From assembly GCA_965222605.1 (NCBI GenBank), contig OZ244960.1, forward strand, positions 2,432,001 to 2,496,000: 64,000 nucleotides of DNA. The letters are read 5' to 3'. This document shows positions 30,302 through 40,224 of this stretch, piece by piece. The translations under genes were made by a program, and so were the position numbers. The notes below the pieces were generated by a model. It worked only from the letters and a program-made list of their open reading frames with translations. It made no database searches and was not told the origin of the DNA. Origin of the DNA: Candidatus Latescibacterota bacterium (lineage in GTDB: Bacteria; Latescibacterota; UBA2968). Positions within the stretch are counted from its first letter, which is position 1. Each line of letters begins with the position of its first letter.

Positions 30302-31234
30302 ATGTCTGCCCGTTCAACGCAAATTTCGTATCTCTGCTTTCTCCTCCTCTTCTCTTTCTCCGCAGCAAACGCGACAGAATGGCACAGATTTGAACGCGAT
30401 GGCCTCGCGCTACACCTCGCGCATACCGATACGGTTCGGGCACAGGCATTCTTGAACGCGCTCCTGATTGGACGCAATGAAATTCGGCGCAAATTGGGCG
30501 GCGCGCCCGCAATTCCCATGGGGATTTATCTCGCACCCTCTGAAGCTGTTTTTCGAGAATTAACACACGGGCGGTTGCCACATTGGAGTGCGGGGGTTGC
30601 ATTTCTCGAATCGCGCACCATTGTTCTGCAAGCCAGCGCCGACAATTTGCTACAGGTTGCGCGGCACGAATTTGCCCATATATTTTTGCACGCCCTTGCG
30701 CCCACGCGCGTGCCCGTCTGGTTTCACGAAGGCGTGGCAATGTGGGCATCGCACGAGTGGCGCTTGCGACAAAGCGCGGCTGTGTTTTACGCGGTTTTTT
30801 CCGAAAAATTAATCCCGCTTTCCGAAATCGATGAGGTCCTATCCTTCCCCTCGGCAAAAGCCGATCTGGCCTACACGGAAAGTTTGCTGGCAGTCTCGTT
30901 TTTGATCCGTTTGGGCGGTCCCAATGCCGTGGTGGTCATGCTTTCCGAGTTGGAAGCAGACGCGCCCTTTGAAGTCGCACTATTTCGCGTAACTGGCGAA
31001 ACACCCCGCGAATTTGAGCGGCGATGGCGCGATGATGTGCAGGGGCGATTCAGTCTGATGACGCTACTCTTTTCGCCCGATTTGATCTGGCTGTATCTCA
31101 CCTTGCTCTTGCTGCTCGCTTATATATGCGTAAGACTGCGGAATCGCGCGACCTTGCGGCGGTGGGAAGCCGAAGATGCGGCTGAGGAATTGACCTTACA
31201 ATTGCGCGTATATCGCCGAGAGGACGAACAGTGA
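30302..31234 (+). CDS. Peptidase MA-like zinc metallohydrolase
   Basis: Signal peptide, HEFAH...PVWFHEGVA, C-terminal TM. Confidence 0.8.
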   Translation: MSARSTQISYLCFLLLFSFSAANATEWHRFERDGLALHLAHTDTVRAQAFLNALLIGRNEIRRKLGGAPAIPMGIYLAPSEAVFRELTHGRLPHWSAGVAFLESRTIVLQASADNLLQVARHEFAHIFLHALAPTRVPVWFHEGVAMWASHEWRLRQSAAVFYAVFSEKLIPLSEIDEVLSFPSAKADLAYTESLLAVSFLIRLGGPNAVVVMLSELEADAPFEVALFRVTGETPREFERRWRDDVQGRFSLMTLLFSPDLIWLYLTLLLLLAYICVRLRNRATLRRWEAEDAAEELTLQLRVYRREDEQ

Positions 31235-31833
31235 TTGTGGGCGTAACAGGAGGCATTGGCGCGGGCAAGAGCACCGTATGCGAAATATTTGAAGAAGCCG
31301 GCGCTCGCGTAATCGATGCCGATGCAGTAGGTCACGAAGTCCTCCGCGACCCGATTGTGATTCGCAACCTATCCGACGTGTTTGGGCAAGAAATTTTGGA
31401 TTCCAACGGACAAATCGCACGGCGGGAATTGGGCAAGCGGGCATTTGCTTCTGATGAAAGCCGCGAAAAACTCAACGCCATCGTATGGCAACCGCTTCGG
31501 CAGTTGTTGCTGGACAAAATTCACGCGGCTCTGGATAGAGAACCCAAACGCCCCGTGGTTGTGGATGCGGCCCTGCTGGTGGAGCGCGGCGATCCAAAAA
31601 AAATCGTCGATGTACTCGTGGTGGTAACCGCCCCCGAAGCATTGCGGATTCAACGGACAATGGCGCGATTGGGCATTTCCAAAGCCGAAGTTGTGGCGCG
31701 CCTATCCGCGCAATTGCCCGAAGAAGACAAAGTCGCAGTTGCGGATTTTGTCGTGGTCAATGATAAAACCCCCGCCGTGTGTCGCCAGCGCGCGCGGGCT
31801 ATTTGGAACAAATTGCAATGTGAGGAACAATGA
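31231..31833 (+). CDS. coaE: Dephospho-CoA kinase
   Basis: GVTGGIGAGKST, IDAD, DAALLVE. Confidence 0.93.
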   Translation: MIVGVTGGIGAGKSTVCEIFEEAGARVIDADAVGHEVLRDPIVIRNLSDVFGQEILDSNGQIARRELGKRAFASDESREKLNAIVWQPLRQLLLDKIHAALDREPKRPVVVDAALLVERGDPKKIVDVLVVVTAPEALRIQRTMARLGISKAEVVARLSAQLPEEDKVAVADFVVVNDKTPAVCRQRARAIWNKLQCEEQ

Positions 31834-33161
31834 ATTATACGCCGCATACAGAGTGCGATATTCAGCACATGCTCAATGTGATCGGAGTTGCATCCACAGA
31901 TGATTTATTTGCACCCGTTCCCGAATCGCTGCGTCTGAACGCGCTCAACTTGCCCCCGGGAATCAGTGAAATGGAAGCGATGGCTTTTGTGCACTCGCTG
32001 ACCAATCAGGGGCATGAGACATCCCTATCGTTTTTAGGCGGGGGTGCTTACGATCATTTTTCGCCAAGTGTCGTCGATGCAATGATTTCACGAGGCGAAT
32101 TTTTTACAGCCTACACGCCCTATCAGCCCGAGGTGAGCCAGGGAACCCTTCGGGCTATTTTTGAATTTCAGTCCATGATCTGTGAACTGACCAACATGGA
32201 AGTCGCCAATGCCTCCATGTACGACGGGGCTTCTGCACTGGCCGAAGCCGTGCTCATGTCGGTCCGTCTGAACAACAGAACGCGCGTTTTGTTGCCGCGC
32301 AGCCTGCATCCATTTTACCGCCAGGTAGTGGCGACTTATGTGCGGGGGATAGATCTGGAACTCGTGGATATTCCCTGGTCTGACTCCGGCGCATTGGATA
32401 TCGCCGCTTTGAAGCGCGAATTGACCGACAATACCGCAGCCGTGGTCGTACAAAATCCAAATTTTTTAGGTGTGCTCGAGTCCTTAGACGAAATTGGCGA
32501 CCTGGTCAACAATACCAAAACGGCTTTTGTGGCCTGCGTCAACCCCATGTCCCTGAGCGCGATTCGCCCACCGGGCGACTTCGGCGCCGATATAGTCATA
32601 GGCGACGGACAGCCATTGGGTCTGCCCCTGTCTTATGGCGGACCTTATGTCGGCTTTTTCGCATCGCGGGAAGCCCATGTGCGAAAAATGCCCGGTCGTA
32701 TCTGCGGCCAAACCACCGATGTAGATGACAAACGCGGTTTTGTACTGACATTGCAAACGCGCGAGCAACACATTCGACGCGAACGCGCCACATCGAATAT
32801 TTGCACCAACCAGACCCTTTGCGCAACCGCAACCACCGTGTACCTATCCTCGGTCGGACCACAGGGCTTCCGCGAAGTTGGCGAATTGAACTGGCACCAA
32901 AGCCATCGCGCTTTGCAGGCATTGACCGCATTAGACGGTGTGCGCCAGACATTCTCCGGTCCAATATTTAACGAATTTGTTCTGGAAACGGACCGCAAAG
33001 CATCGGATATCCTGACCGCTTTGCGGCATCGGGGTATCGAAGCCGGCATTGACCTGGGCCGATTTTACCCCACACTCGAAAATTGTATTCTGACGTGCGT
33101 CACGGAAAAACGCACAGACACCGATATTGATCGCCTGATCGATGCGTGGAGGACATTGTAA
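31830..33161 (+). CDS. gcvPA: Glycine dehydrogenase subunit 1
   Basis: TAYTPYQPEVSQG, TREQHIRRERATSNICTNQ. Confidence 0.96.
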   Translation: MNYTPHTECDIQHMLNVIGVASTDDLFAPVPESLRLNALNLPPGISEMEAMAFVHSLTNQGHETSLSFLGGGAYDHFSPSVVDAMISRGEFFTAYTPYQPEVSQGTLRAIFEFQSMICELTNMEVANASMYDGASALAEAVLMSVRLNNRTRVLLPRSLHPFYRQVVATYVRGIDLELVDIPWSDSGALDIAALKRELTDNTAAVVVQNPNFLGVLESLDEIGDLVNNTKTAFVACVNPMSLSAIRPPGDFGADIVIGDGQPLGLPLSYGGPYVGFFASREAHVRKMPGRICGQTTDVDDKRGFVLTLQTREQHIRRERATSNICTNQTLCATATTVYLSSVGPQGFREVGELNWHQSHRALQALTALDGVRQTFSGPIFNEFVLETDRKASDILTALRHRGIEAGIDLGRFYPTLENCILTCVTEKRTDTDIDRLIDAWRTL

Positions 33162-34618
33162 TGGATCGCGATAAGTTGATTTTTGAACGCGGCGCGCCAG
33201 ACAGGCGCTGTGTCGCATTTCCCGCTGCGGTAGATTCAGGAACAGAAATACCCGAAACCATGCGCCGCGATGTGCCACCAAATCTCCCCGAAGTGAGCGA
33301 ACTGGAACTCGTGCGCCACTACACCGCGCTTTCACAGATGAATTTCAGCATTGATACGCATTTTTATCCTCTGGGGTCCTGTACCATGAAATACAATCCC
33401 AGAGTACATGAGAAAGCTGCGCGCATTCCGCAGATCGCGGGATTGCATCCCCTATCTGAAAACACCCAACCCGCCCTGCAAGTCATCTGGGAAATGGAGC
33501 AAGTGCTCAAAGCCGTCAGCGGAATGGATGGATTTACCTTTCAACCCACAGCCGGGGCACAGGGCGAATTTGTGGGAATTTCACTGATCGCCGCCTATCA
33601 CAGGGCAAAGGGCAATGCCAAAAAAGTGGTGCTAATCCCCGACTCAGCACATGGAACTAATCCGGCAACAGCGGCAATCTGCGGATATGCGGTACAGGCA
33701 ATTAAGTCAACAGAACGCGGCACAGTTGACGTAGAAGATCTCAAGGCGCATTTGACCGAAGACGTAGCCGGTTTGATGCTGACCAATCCCAACACATTTG
33801 GCGTGTTTGAAGACGAGATTGAAGACATCGCCGCGTTAGTACACGACGCGGGTGGTCTCTTGTATTACGATGGCGCGAACTTAAACGCCTTTCTGGGCCA
33901 GTGTCGCCCCGGCGACATGGGCTTTGACGTCGTACACATCAACTTGCACAAAACATTTACCACCCCTCACGGAGGCGGGGGACCGGGTTCTGGTCCGGTA
34001 GGCGTAAAAAAAGCACTCTTGCCATTTCTGCCCCTGCCTGTAGTCGCAAAAGAGGATGATACATTTAAGCTCGATTTTGATCGCCCGGAGTCCATCGGCA
34101 AAGTGAGTTCATTCTACGGGAATTTTGGCATGGTAATACGCGCACTGGTCTATGCCAAAATGCTCGGTGCAGAAGGCATGCGCCGCACCAGTGAAATGGC
34201 CGTTTTGAATGCCAATTATATCGCGGCAAAACTCGACCCCCACTACGACCGCCCGAAAAATGCACAACCCATGCACGAAATGGTATTCTCGGCATCGCGA
34301 CAAAAAAAGACGAACGGGATCACCGCAACCGATATCGCCAAACGCTTGATCGATTACGGCGTCCATCCGCCCACGATTTACTTTCCCCTGCCCAATGTCG
34401 CGCCCGAAACCATGCTAATCGAACCGACCGAGACCGAAAGTCTCGAACAGGTCAATGATTTTGTCGAAGCCATGATTCAGATCGCAAAAGAAGCCAAAGA
34501 AAATCCCGGCTTACTCAAAGAAGCCCCCCACGCAACACCCGTGCGAAGATTGGACGAAGCAACCGCCGCACGCAAACCCATCCTGCGCTGGAGTGCTTCT
34601 CAACTCGCTCATGAGTAA
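33161..34618 (+). CDS. gcvPB: Glycine dehydrogenase subunit 2
   Basis: PLGSCTMKYNP, HINLHKTFTTPHGGGGPG, IEPTETES. Confidence 0.96.
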   Translation: MDRDKLIFERGAPDRRCVAFPAAVDSGTEIPETMRRDVPPNLPEVSELELVRHYTALSQMNFSIDTHFYPLGSCTMKYNPRVHEKAARIPQIAGLHPLSENTQPALQVIWEMEQVLKAVSGMDGFTFQPTAGAQGEFVGISLIAAYHRAKGNAKKVVLIPDSAHGTNPATAAICGYAVQAIKSTERGTVDVEDLKAHLTEDVAGLMLTNPNTFGVFEDEIEDIAALVHDAGGLLYYDGANLNAFLGQCRPGDMGFDVVHINLHKTFTTPHGGGGPGSGPVGVKKALLPFLPLPVVAKEDDTFKLDFDRPESIGKVSSFYGNFGMVIRALVYAKMLGAEGMRRTSEMAVLNANYIAAKLDPHYDRPKNAQPMHEMVFSASRQKKTNGITATDIAKRLIDYGVHPPTIYFPLPNVAPETMLIEPTETESLEQVNDFVEAMIQIAKEAKENPGLLKEAPHATPVRRLDEATAARKPILRWSASQLAHE

Positions 34619-34644
34619 CACCACACCAAAAGGGAGGTCCTATC

Positions 34645-35463
34645 ATGCCCTTCCAATTAACAGAAAAACACATCGCCGATTACCACACCTTCGGCTACAC
34701 GATTTTCCAGGACATCATACCCACATCCTTACTCACGGACCTTCGCCGCGTCGCCGACAAAGCGAGAGAAATTACGCGCAAAGTCACCGGCCCACAGGCG
34801 CAGCGTCTTCAGCCCATAGCCAAATACGACCTCGACCAGCAACCCTTCAAAGACTACGGTGCGTTGCCAGGACTCAACGACGCCATCCATCAAGTCCTCA
34901 CCCCACATCACTACCACGCCGACCTCGACCGCACCGGCATCCTGCTCGAACCCGCCGAATACCCCTGGTGTACGGACTGGCACCGCGACTGGCGCGATCA
35001 CATGCCGCAAGAAGTATTTGAATCCGAATTTCGCGAAGAATGGCAATGGCAATCATTCCACATCGGCTACCAGAACCAGATCAATTGCGCCTTATACGAA
35101 GACCCCTCCACATGGATCGTGCCCGGCAGCCACTATCGCCAGCGCAATCTCCCTGGCGAAATCGCTGCCAAAAACGCTTATGACCGCGACAAATTCCGCA
35201 ATCAGAGACCGGTATCCAACGAACAACAAGAGCGCGACTGCCTCAACTACACGCGCAACATGCCCGGCGCTGTTCAACTGCGCCTCAACGCGGGCGACTT
35301 CGCCCTCTACCGCGCCAGTGCCTGGCACATTGGCAATTACGTGCCCTATCGCAAACGCGCCACCATCCACGACTTCTGCGGCACACCTGAATATTCACAA
35401 CACATTAACGAACGTGTTGAAAGAAGAGAAACAGCCATCAAACGCCTCGCATCTGCGACATGA
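34645..35463 (+). CDS. PhyH-family Fe(II)/2OG dioxygenase
   Basis: N-terminal GY motif, WHRD, VPGSH, distal WH. Confidence 0.8.
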   Translation: MPFQLTEKHIADYHTFGYTIFQDIIPTSLLTDLRRVADKAREITRKVTGPQAQRLQPIAKYDLDQQPFKDYGALPGLNDAIHQVLTPHHYHADLDRTGILLEPAEYPWCTDWHRDWRDHMPQEVFESEFREEWQWQSFHIGYQNQINCALYEDPSTWIVPGSHYRQRNLPGEIAAKNAYDRDKFRNQRPVSNEQQERDCLNYTRNMPGAVQLRLNAGDFALYRASAWHIGNYVPYRKRATIHDFCGTPEYSQHINERVERRETAIKRLASAT

Positions 35464-35569
35464 TCATTTCCGACGTTATTGGCCGCAGCACATAACTATT
35501 GTCTCTAAATTTTACTATTCGTAAATTTAGCAACAATTATACAAATCCTACACTTTCAGGAGCCACGCT

Positions 35570-36340
35570 ATGCAACTCACACCCGAACAAATACGCGAAT
35601 TTTACGACCGCGGTTACGTCAAAATTCCCGGAGCCATATCAAAAGCCATGGTCGATACCGCGCGTCAGGCCGTCAACCACTCAATCGGCACCCTGGGGCC
35701 AAATGGCGAAGACATGTCCAAACATCGCGCGGCGCAATTTTGCCGCGACTTAAATGGCAGCTCCGTAATAATGGACCTGTTCAACGCCAGCCCGGTCGTC
35801 TCCCTCGCCGAATCTCTCATGGGAGAGGGCAATTTGCAAAAACCCATCAGAGGCGCGCAGGTCGCCCCGCGGTTTCCCACAGTAATCGGCGACGTCCCAC
35901 CCGAACCGCGTGGCCATCTCGACGGCATGGGCACCGGCACAAATGGCATGCCAAAAGGCGTATACCGCCGCGGATTCACCTGCTTTGCCGTCATCTATCT
36001 GGCCGATGTACCCGAACCCTACAGCGGCAACTTCACCGTCTGGCCGGGTTCTCATCGCTTCTTTGAAAACTACTTCAACCGCGAGGGCCTCGAAATACTC
36101 GCCAACGGCACCCCGCGTATCGACCTGCCCGAAGGACCCGACATGGTCACCGGAAACGCCGGCGACTTCATTATCGCACACCATCAGATGATCCACACCG
36201 GTGGCCCCAATGCCTCGCCCAACATACGCTACGCCGCCATCGCGCGCCTCCGCCACATTGACTGCGACAAAAATGGCAACGACGGCTTCCTGGACATCTG
36301 GCGCGAATTTCCCTGCGTGCGCGAAGCCGTAGCAGCTTAA
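35570..36340 (+). CDS. PhyH-family dioxygenase (paralog A)
   Basis: FYDRGY, HLD, VWPGSH, MIH. Confidence 0.82.
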   Translation: MQLTPEQIREFYDRGYVKIPGAISKAMVDTARQAVNHSIGTLGPNGEDMSKHRAAQFCRDLNGSSVIMDLFNASPVVSLAESLMGEGNLQKPIRGAQVAPRFPTVIGDVPPEPRGHLDGMGTGTNGMPKGVYRRGFTCFAVIYLADVPEPYSGNFTVWPGSHRFFENYFNREGLEILANGTPRIDLPEGPDMVTGNAGDFIIAHHQMIHTGGPNASPNIRYAAIARLRHIDCDKNGNDGFLDIWREFPCVREAVAA

Positions 36341-36350
36341 AGTCAAAGGC

Positions 36351-36380
36351 AACCACCGATGAACACCGATAAACACAGAT
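36351..36380 (+). repeat. Three tandem 10-mers (RAACACMGAT-like)
   Basis: AACCACCGAT GAACACCGAT AAACACAGAT; relatives at 54973-54996 and 27294-27322 (minus strand). Confidence 0.7.
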
Positions 36381-36454
36381 AAAAGGCAAGAGGCGAGAGA
36401 GCCATCCCAGTCTCAAAATCAGTGGCCAGTTGTGACAACTAACAGAGGTTTACC

Positions 36455-37225
36455 ATGTCTATGACCATTACTGACGCACAAAAACGCCAATTCGCCGAAG
36501 AAGGCTATCTCAAAATCCCAGGGGCTGTACCCAAAAGCATGATCGAAACATCCCTCCGCGCCGTCAACTATTCCATCGGCAACATCGGCATTGGCGGCGA
36601 AGATCCCTCCAGAAATCGCTCCGGATTCTTTTGCGCCGAACTCCTCGACGCGCCCTTCATCCTCGACATGTACAACAAAACCCCAGTTATGCACATTGCC
36701 GAATCGCTCATGGGCAAAGGCAACGTACTCCCCGTTGAACGCGCCAAAACCTATCCGCGCTTTCCTCTGCCCCTCGGCCAGGAACCATCGCCACCGCGCG
36801 GACACATCGACGGCATTGGCAGCGGCACCAACGGCACGGCCAAAGGAGACTACAAACGCTCATTTACGGCCTTCGCCGTCGTCTATCTCGTCGATGTATC
36901 CGAACCCTACAGCGGCAACTTCACCGTCTGGCCCCAATCCCATCGCTTCTTTGCCAACTATTTCACAGAACACGGCCACGAAGTACTCGCCAACGGCATG
37001 CCCCGGCCCAACCTGCCCCAAGACCCCATAATGATCACCGGCAACGCGGGCGACCTCATCCTCGCGCATCACCAGGTCGTTCACGGAGCCTGTCTCAACG
37101 CATCGCCCAACGTGCGCCTCGCCACCATCACCCGCCTCAAGCACAAACATGCCGATAAAATCGGCAAAGACGCCTACACAGACATCTGGCGTGAATGGTC
37201 CGGTGTGCGGGATGTCCTGCGGTAG
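36455..37225 (+). CDS. PhyH-family dioxygenase (paralog B)
   Basis: Same length (256 aa) and colinear with 35570-36340; HID, VWPQSH. Confidence 0.82.
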   Translation: MSMTITDAQKRQFAEEGYLKIPGAVPKSMIETSLRAVNYSIGNIGIGGEDPSRNRSGFFCAELLDAPFILDMYNKTPVMHIAESLMGKGNVLPVERAKTYPRFPLPLGQEPSPPRGHIDGIGSGTNGTAKGDYKRSFTAFAVVYLVDVSEPYSGNFTVWPQSHRFFANYFTEHGHEVLANGMPRPNLPQDPIMITGNAGDLILAHHQVVHGACLNASPNVRLATITRLKHKHADKIGKDAYTDIWREWSGVRDVLR

Positions 37226-37239
37226 GACAGTATGCCCAT

Positions 37240-38568
37240 CTAAAACTCCCGCCACCAGTACGGATTGGACATCTCTCCCGGATAGGTAGAATGAACCAAT
37301 TCGTAAAATCCCGTACCTCGCCGATCCCTAAATACAAATTCGTAGCGCCGATGGGTCTCGTAAAACCACACCTCCGACGGTTTCTGACCCGCAGCAGAAG
37401 TCCGGTAATCAATATCATCGGGCGGCCCATATCGGATATAAACCCGTCCCCGGTCCGTATCCGATCCCCGCTGCCGTTTGCCAGCCCCAAAATGCGTCTC
37501 CACATAATGCACACGCATCAAATGCTGAAGCAGGCGCTCGTTGGTCGGCGTATCGGGCGCGTCGTCCAACTGCTTCCAGAAAACCTTCAAAAACGCCAGC
37601 CTGGCAGGCCAACTCTCCAGCGCGTCATAAGTCCGCCGCGTCTTCTCATCGGCGACATACCGGATATCTGCATAATACCCGATCAAATCCTTCTGCACCT
37701 GAGTAAGCCCCTCGGGCAAATCTTTTGAAACCAAAAAAATGGGCCGTCTCGTCTGAAAATACTGCCGACTGCTCCCGTCAAACGCCTCCACCTGAAGATC
37801 ATAAGTCCCCTCCCGCAAACCCTCTGTATCCAGAACTTCCGCCCTCACACAACTCTCCCCCGGCTTTAAGAACCGCTTAGCCGGATAAGTGCGCACAACC
37901 ATCCCCTCCGCATCGATCAGACGATACCCCATAATAAAACTCTCTCCCGACGACGACAGATTATACACCTCAAAATAAATCTGCAGCGGCTCTCCGATAA
38001 CATAATTTCGGGTAATATTCGGCACGACCTTCCAGCCCTGCTTGACAAACCGATGGACTTCCCCGCTTCGCGCCACACTAAAAGCCAATTGCAAATCGCT
38101 AAACACCAGCCCCACACGCTCATAATCCGGTATCTGAAGCGGCGCAGTACAACGCCCACTTTTCTCCGCGTGGATATCCTTGATCTGCACAACCAGCCGA
38201 TAATCACCCGGCTTCAGATCAAAATAAACAGCATCCTTAAAAGGCGCCCCGATCCCCACATCCAACTCTGGAACAGCGACCTGCTGCACCCATGTCCGAT
38301 GCGCCACCCGATTGCCCAGCGTATCCAGCACAACAGCGACCAGAGAAATTTTCCCAACAGCCTTGCCCTCCTGTTCCCGAAGCTCGAGTTGACTCGCATC
38401 CAGCAGCAAAGCCACCTCCTGACGGGTATATCCCTCAGGACCCCGAAAAGCCGACAAATCGACAAAAAAACGCAGGTTGCCCGTACTCGTCAAAGGCAAA
38501 TCCTGCGCTTCCAAGCCACCCGTATGCGACCAGATGAGCAGCACCGCGATACAACGTATCCATCTCAT
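37240..38568 (-). CDS. GWxTD-domain secreted protein
   Basis: Signal peptide; FWKQLD...PTNE...GSDTDRGRVYIRYGPPD...EVWFY. Confidence 0.82.
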   Translation of the reverse strand: MRWIRCIAVLLIWSHTGGLEAQDLPLTSTGNLRFFVDLSAFRGPEGYTRQEVALLLDASQLELREQEGKAVGKISLVAVVLDTLGNRVAHRTWVQQVAVPELDVGIGAPFKDAVYFDLKPGDYRLVVQIKDIHAEKSGRCTAPLQIPDYERVGLVFSDLQLAFSVARSGEVHRFVKQGWKVVPNITRNYVIGEPLQIYFEVYNLSSSGESFIMGYRLIDAEGMVVRTYPAKRFLKPGESCVRAEVLDTEGLREGTYDLQVEAFDGSSRQYFQTRRPIFLVSKDLPEGLTQVQKDLIGYYADIRYVADEKTRRTYDALESWPARLAFLKVFWKQLDDAPDTPTNERLLQHLMRVHYVETHFGAGKRQRGSDTDRGRVYIRYGPPDDIDYRTSAAGQKPSEVWFYETHRRYEFVFRDRRGTGFYELVHSTYPGEMSNPYWWREF

Positions 38569-38592
38569 GGCGTATCTTTCACAATTAAGAAA

Positions 38593-39426
38593 TTATACGT
38601 CCTCCATCAACCGCAGCCAATCCTCATGACCGCTTGCCACCCGATCCGGGTCTATCTCACTTCTCGCAACAAAGCCGGGCACATCCTCGCGCCCGGTTGG
38701 CAACCTGTAATCGCTATATCGAATATCCAGACTCCAGCGAATATGATCGGACCGATTGGGAAATGAGCGATGTAGTGTCTTATGCTGAACCAGCGCGGCA
38801 CCCCCGGCTGGCAGCACGGACAAAATGCGGTCACCCGGCGGTAGCCGATCCTCGGGAATTTCCTTCTCTGAATCCGCCGGATCGTGTGGAATAATACCGT
38901 GCTTGTGACTCCCCGCCAAAATCTCCAAACAGCCATTTTTCACATCGGTATCCACCAGCGGCACCCAGAAATTGATCATAAACGTCTTCTCCACATCCGG
39001 ATCCAGAAACGCGATATCCTGATGCCACAACACCTCTGCTTCGCCGGGCATCTTTGCGCGAATATTAAACTGCGGATGCACCAGAATTTCCGGCCCAATA
39101 ATCGACTCCACCACATTTAGAATAGCCGGATGTGTCAGCAAAAAAAACAACCCTGCAGTCTTGTGACCCTTGCCCAAAATCTCAGCTACAAAACGCTTAT
39201 CCGTCCCCAGAGCCTCGCACAAATACGCCAATCGCCGCTCAAAAGGCGCATCTTCAAAAAGACTCTCCAATTGACCCAGAGCATAAGCTTCTCTCGCCTT
39301 TTGTTCAATCACTCCATTAAACTCATCTACAAGTGGCTGATACGCCTCTGGGGGCAAACATTCGTCCAGCAACAAATACCCCTCATCCTTGTAAAAAGCA
39401 ATCTGATCAACAGTCAAACCGTCCAT
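38593..39426 (-). CDS. PhyH-family dioxygenase
   Basis: WHQD, WVPLVD...NGCL..LAGSH, LHRS, RWSLDIRY. Confidence 0.88.
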   Translation of the reverse strand: MDGLTVDQIAFYKDEGYLLLDECLPPEAYQPLVDEFNGVIEQKAREAYALGQLESLFEDAPFERRLAYLCEALGTDKRFVAEILGKGHKTAGLFFLLTHPAILNVVESIIGPEILVHPQFNIRAKMPGEAEVLWHQDIAFLDPDVEKTFMINFWVPLVDTDVKNGCLEILAGSHKHGIIPHDPADSEKEIPEDRLPPGDRILSVLPAGGAALVQHKTLHRSFPNRSDHIRWSLDIRYSDYRLPTGREDVPGFVARSEIDPDRVASGHEDWLRLMEDV

Positions 39427-39443
39427 AATTTATCTCCTATTTC

Positions 39444-40220
39444 TTACCACACCTCGCAACCTCCAAACGGCATAGTCTCACCCGGAACATATCGCGGGCG
39501 CGCTGCATACACATTTGCAACATCGGGATCGGCTTTGCCGCGCACGAGGATATTTTCGTGACTTTCTCTATTCACCCATGTCGTCGTCGGAATATACCGC
39601 AAAGTGAGACCAACGCGCCACTGGTCCGATGTATTGGCATTGGAACCGTGGATAATATTCGGATTGTGGATCGAGACATCGCCCGCATCAAGCTCCAGAT
39701 CAACCGCTTCGGAATCGTCAATCTGATCGGGATGAATCCCCACGCCGAGCACGTATTTTTTCGGATCCAGATCAATGAGATCGCGGCGCTTGAGCAAATG
39801 CTTGTTCTGCGTCCCCGGCAACACCCGCATACAGCCATTTTCAACCGTCGATGGCGTCGTCCCCGCAACCCACAAAGTGGTCACTTCCATCGGCTCGAGG
39901 GGCCAGTAAGACCCGTCTTGATGCCACTGCACAGCCTGACCATCGCCCGGAGGTTTAGCAATATAATGTGCGGCAAACATCGCGACATTGGGGCCGAGAA
40001 ATTGTTCCGCAATATCCACAAGACGTTCATCCCCCACGAGCCGGTGCATAAATGGATCGCGGGCGAGCAAATTGTGATGCAAACGCTCTGGACGCACGCC
40101 GGGATTCCTCTCAATAAGCCAGTGGACGTGTTGCACCGTCTCTTCTGCAAGCGCCGCATCAATCGCCTTACGCGCGATAACATAGCCATTTTGATCGTAT
40201 TCACATCGCAAATTTTCCAT
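39444..40220 (-). CDS. PhyH-family dioxygenase
   Basis: WHQDGSYW, ENGCMRVLPGT, IHGSNAN; start set at ATG 40220. Confidence 0.88.
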   Translation of the reverse strand: MENLRCEYDQNGYVIARKAIDAALAEETVQHVHWLIERNPGVRPERLHHNLLARDPFMHRLVGDERLVDIAEQFLGPNVAMFAAHYIAKPPGDGQAVQWHQDGSYWPLEPMEVTTLWVAGTTPSTVENGCMRVLPGTQNKHLLKRRDLIDLDPKKYVLGVGIHPDQIDDSEAVDLELDAGDVSIHNPNIIHGSNANTSDQWRVGLTLRYIPTTTWVNRESHENILVRGKADPDVANVYAARPRYVPGETMPFGGCEVW

Positions 40221-40224
40221 ACCC

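Noticed and set aside
31830-34618. gcvPA/PB without gcvT/gcvH as an incomplete pathway
   Set aside because: Split glycine cleavage loci are common, and the other genes may lie outside the window.
37240-38568. GSDTD instead of GWxTD as a sign of a novel family
   Set aside because: A single substitution with the rest of the motif intact is too weak to interpret.
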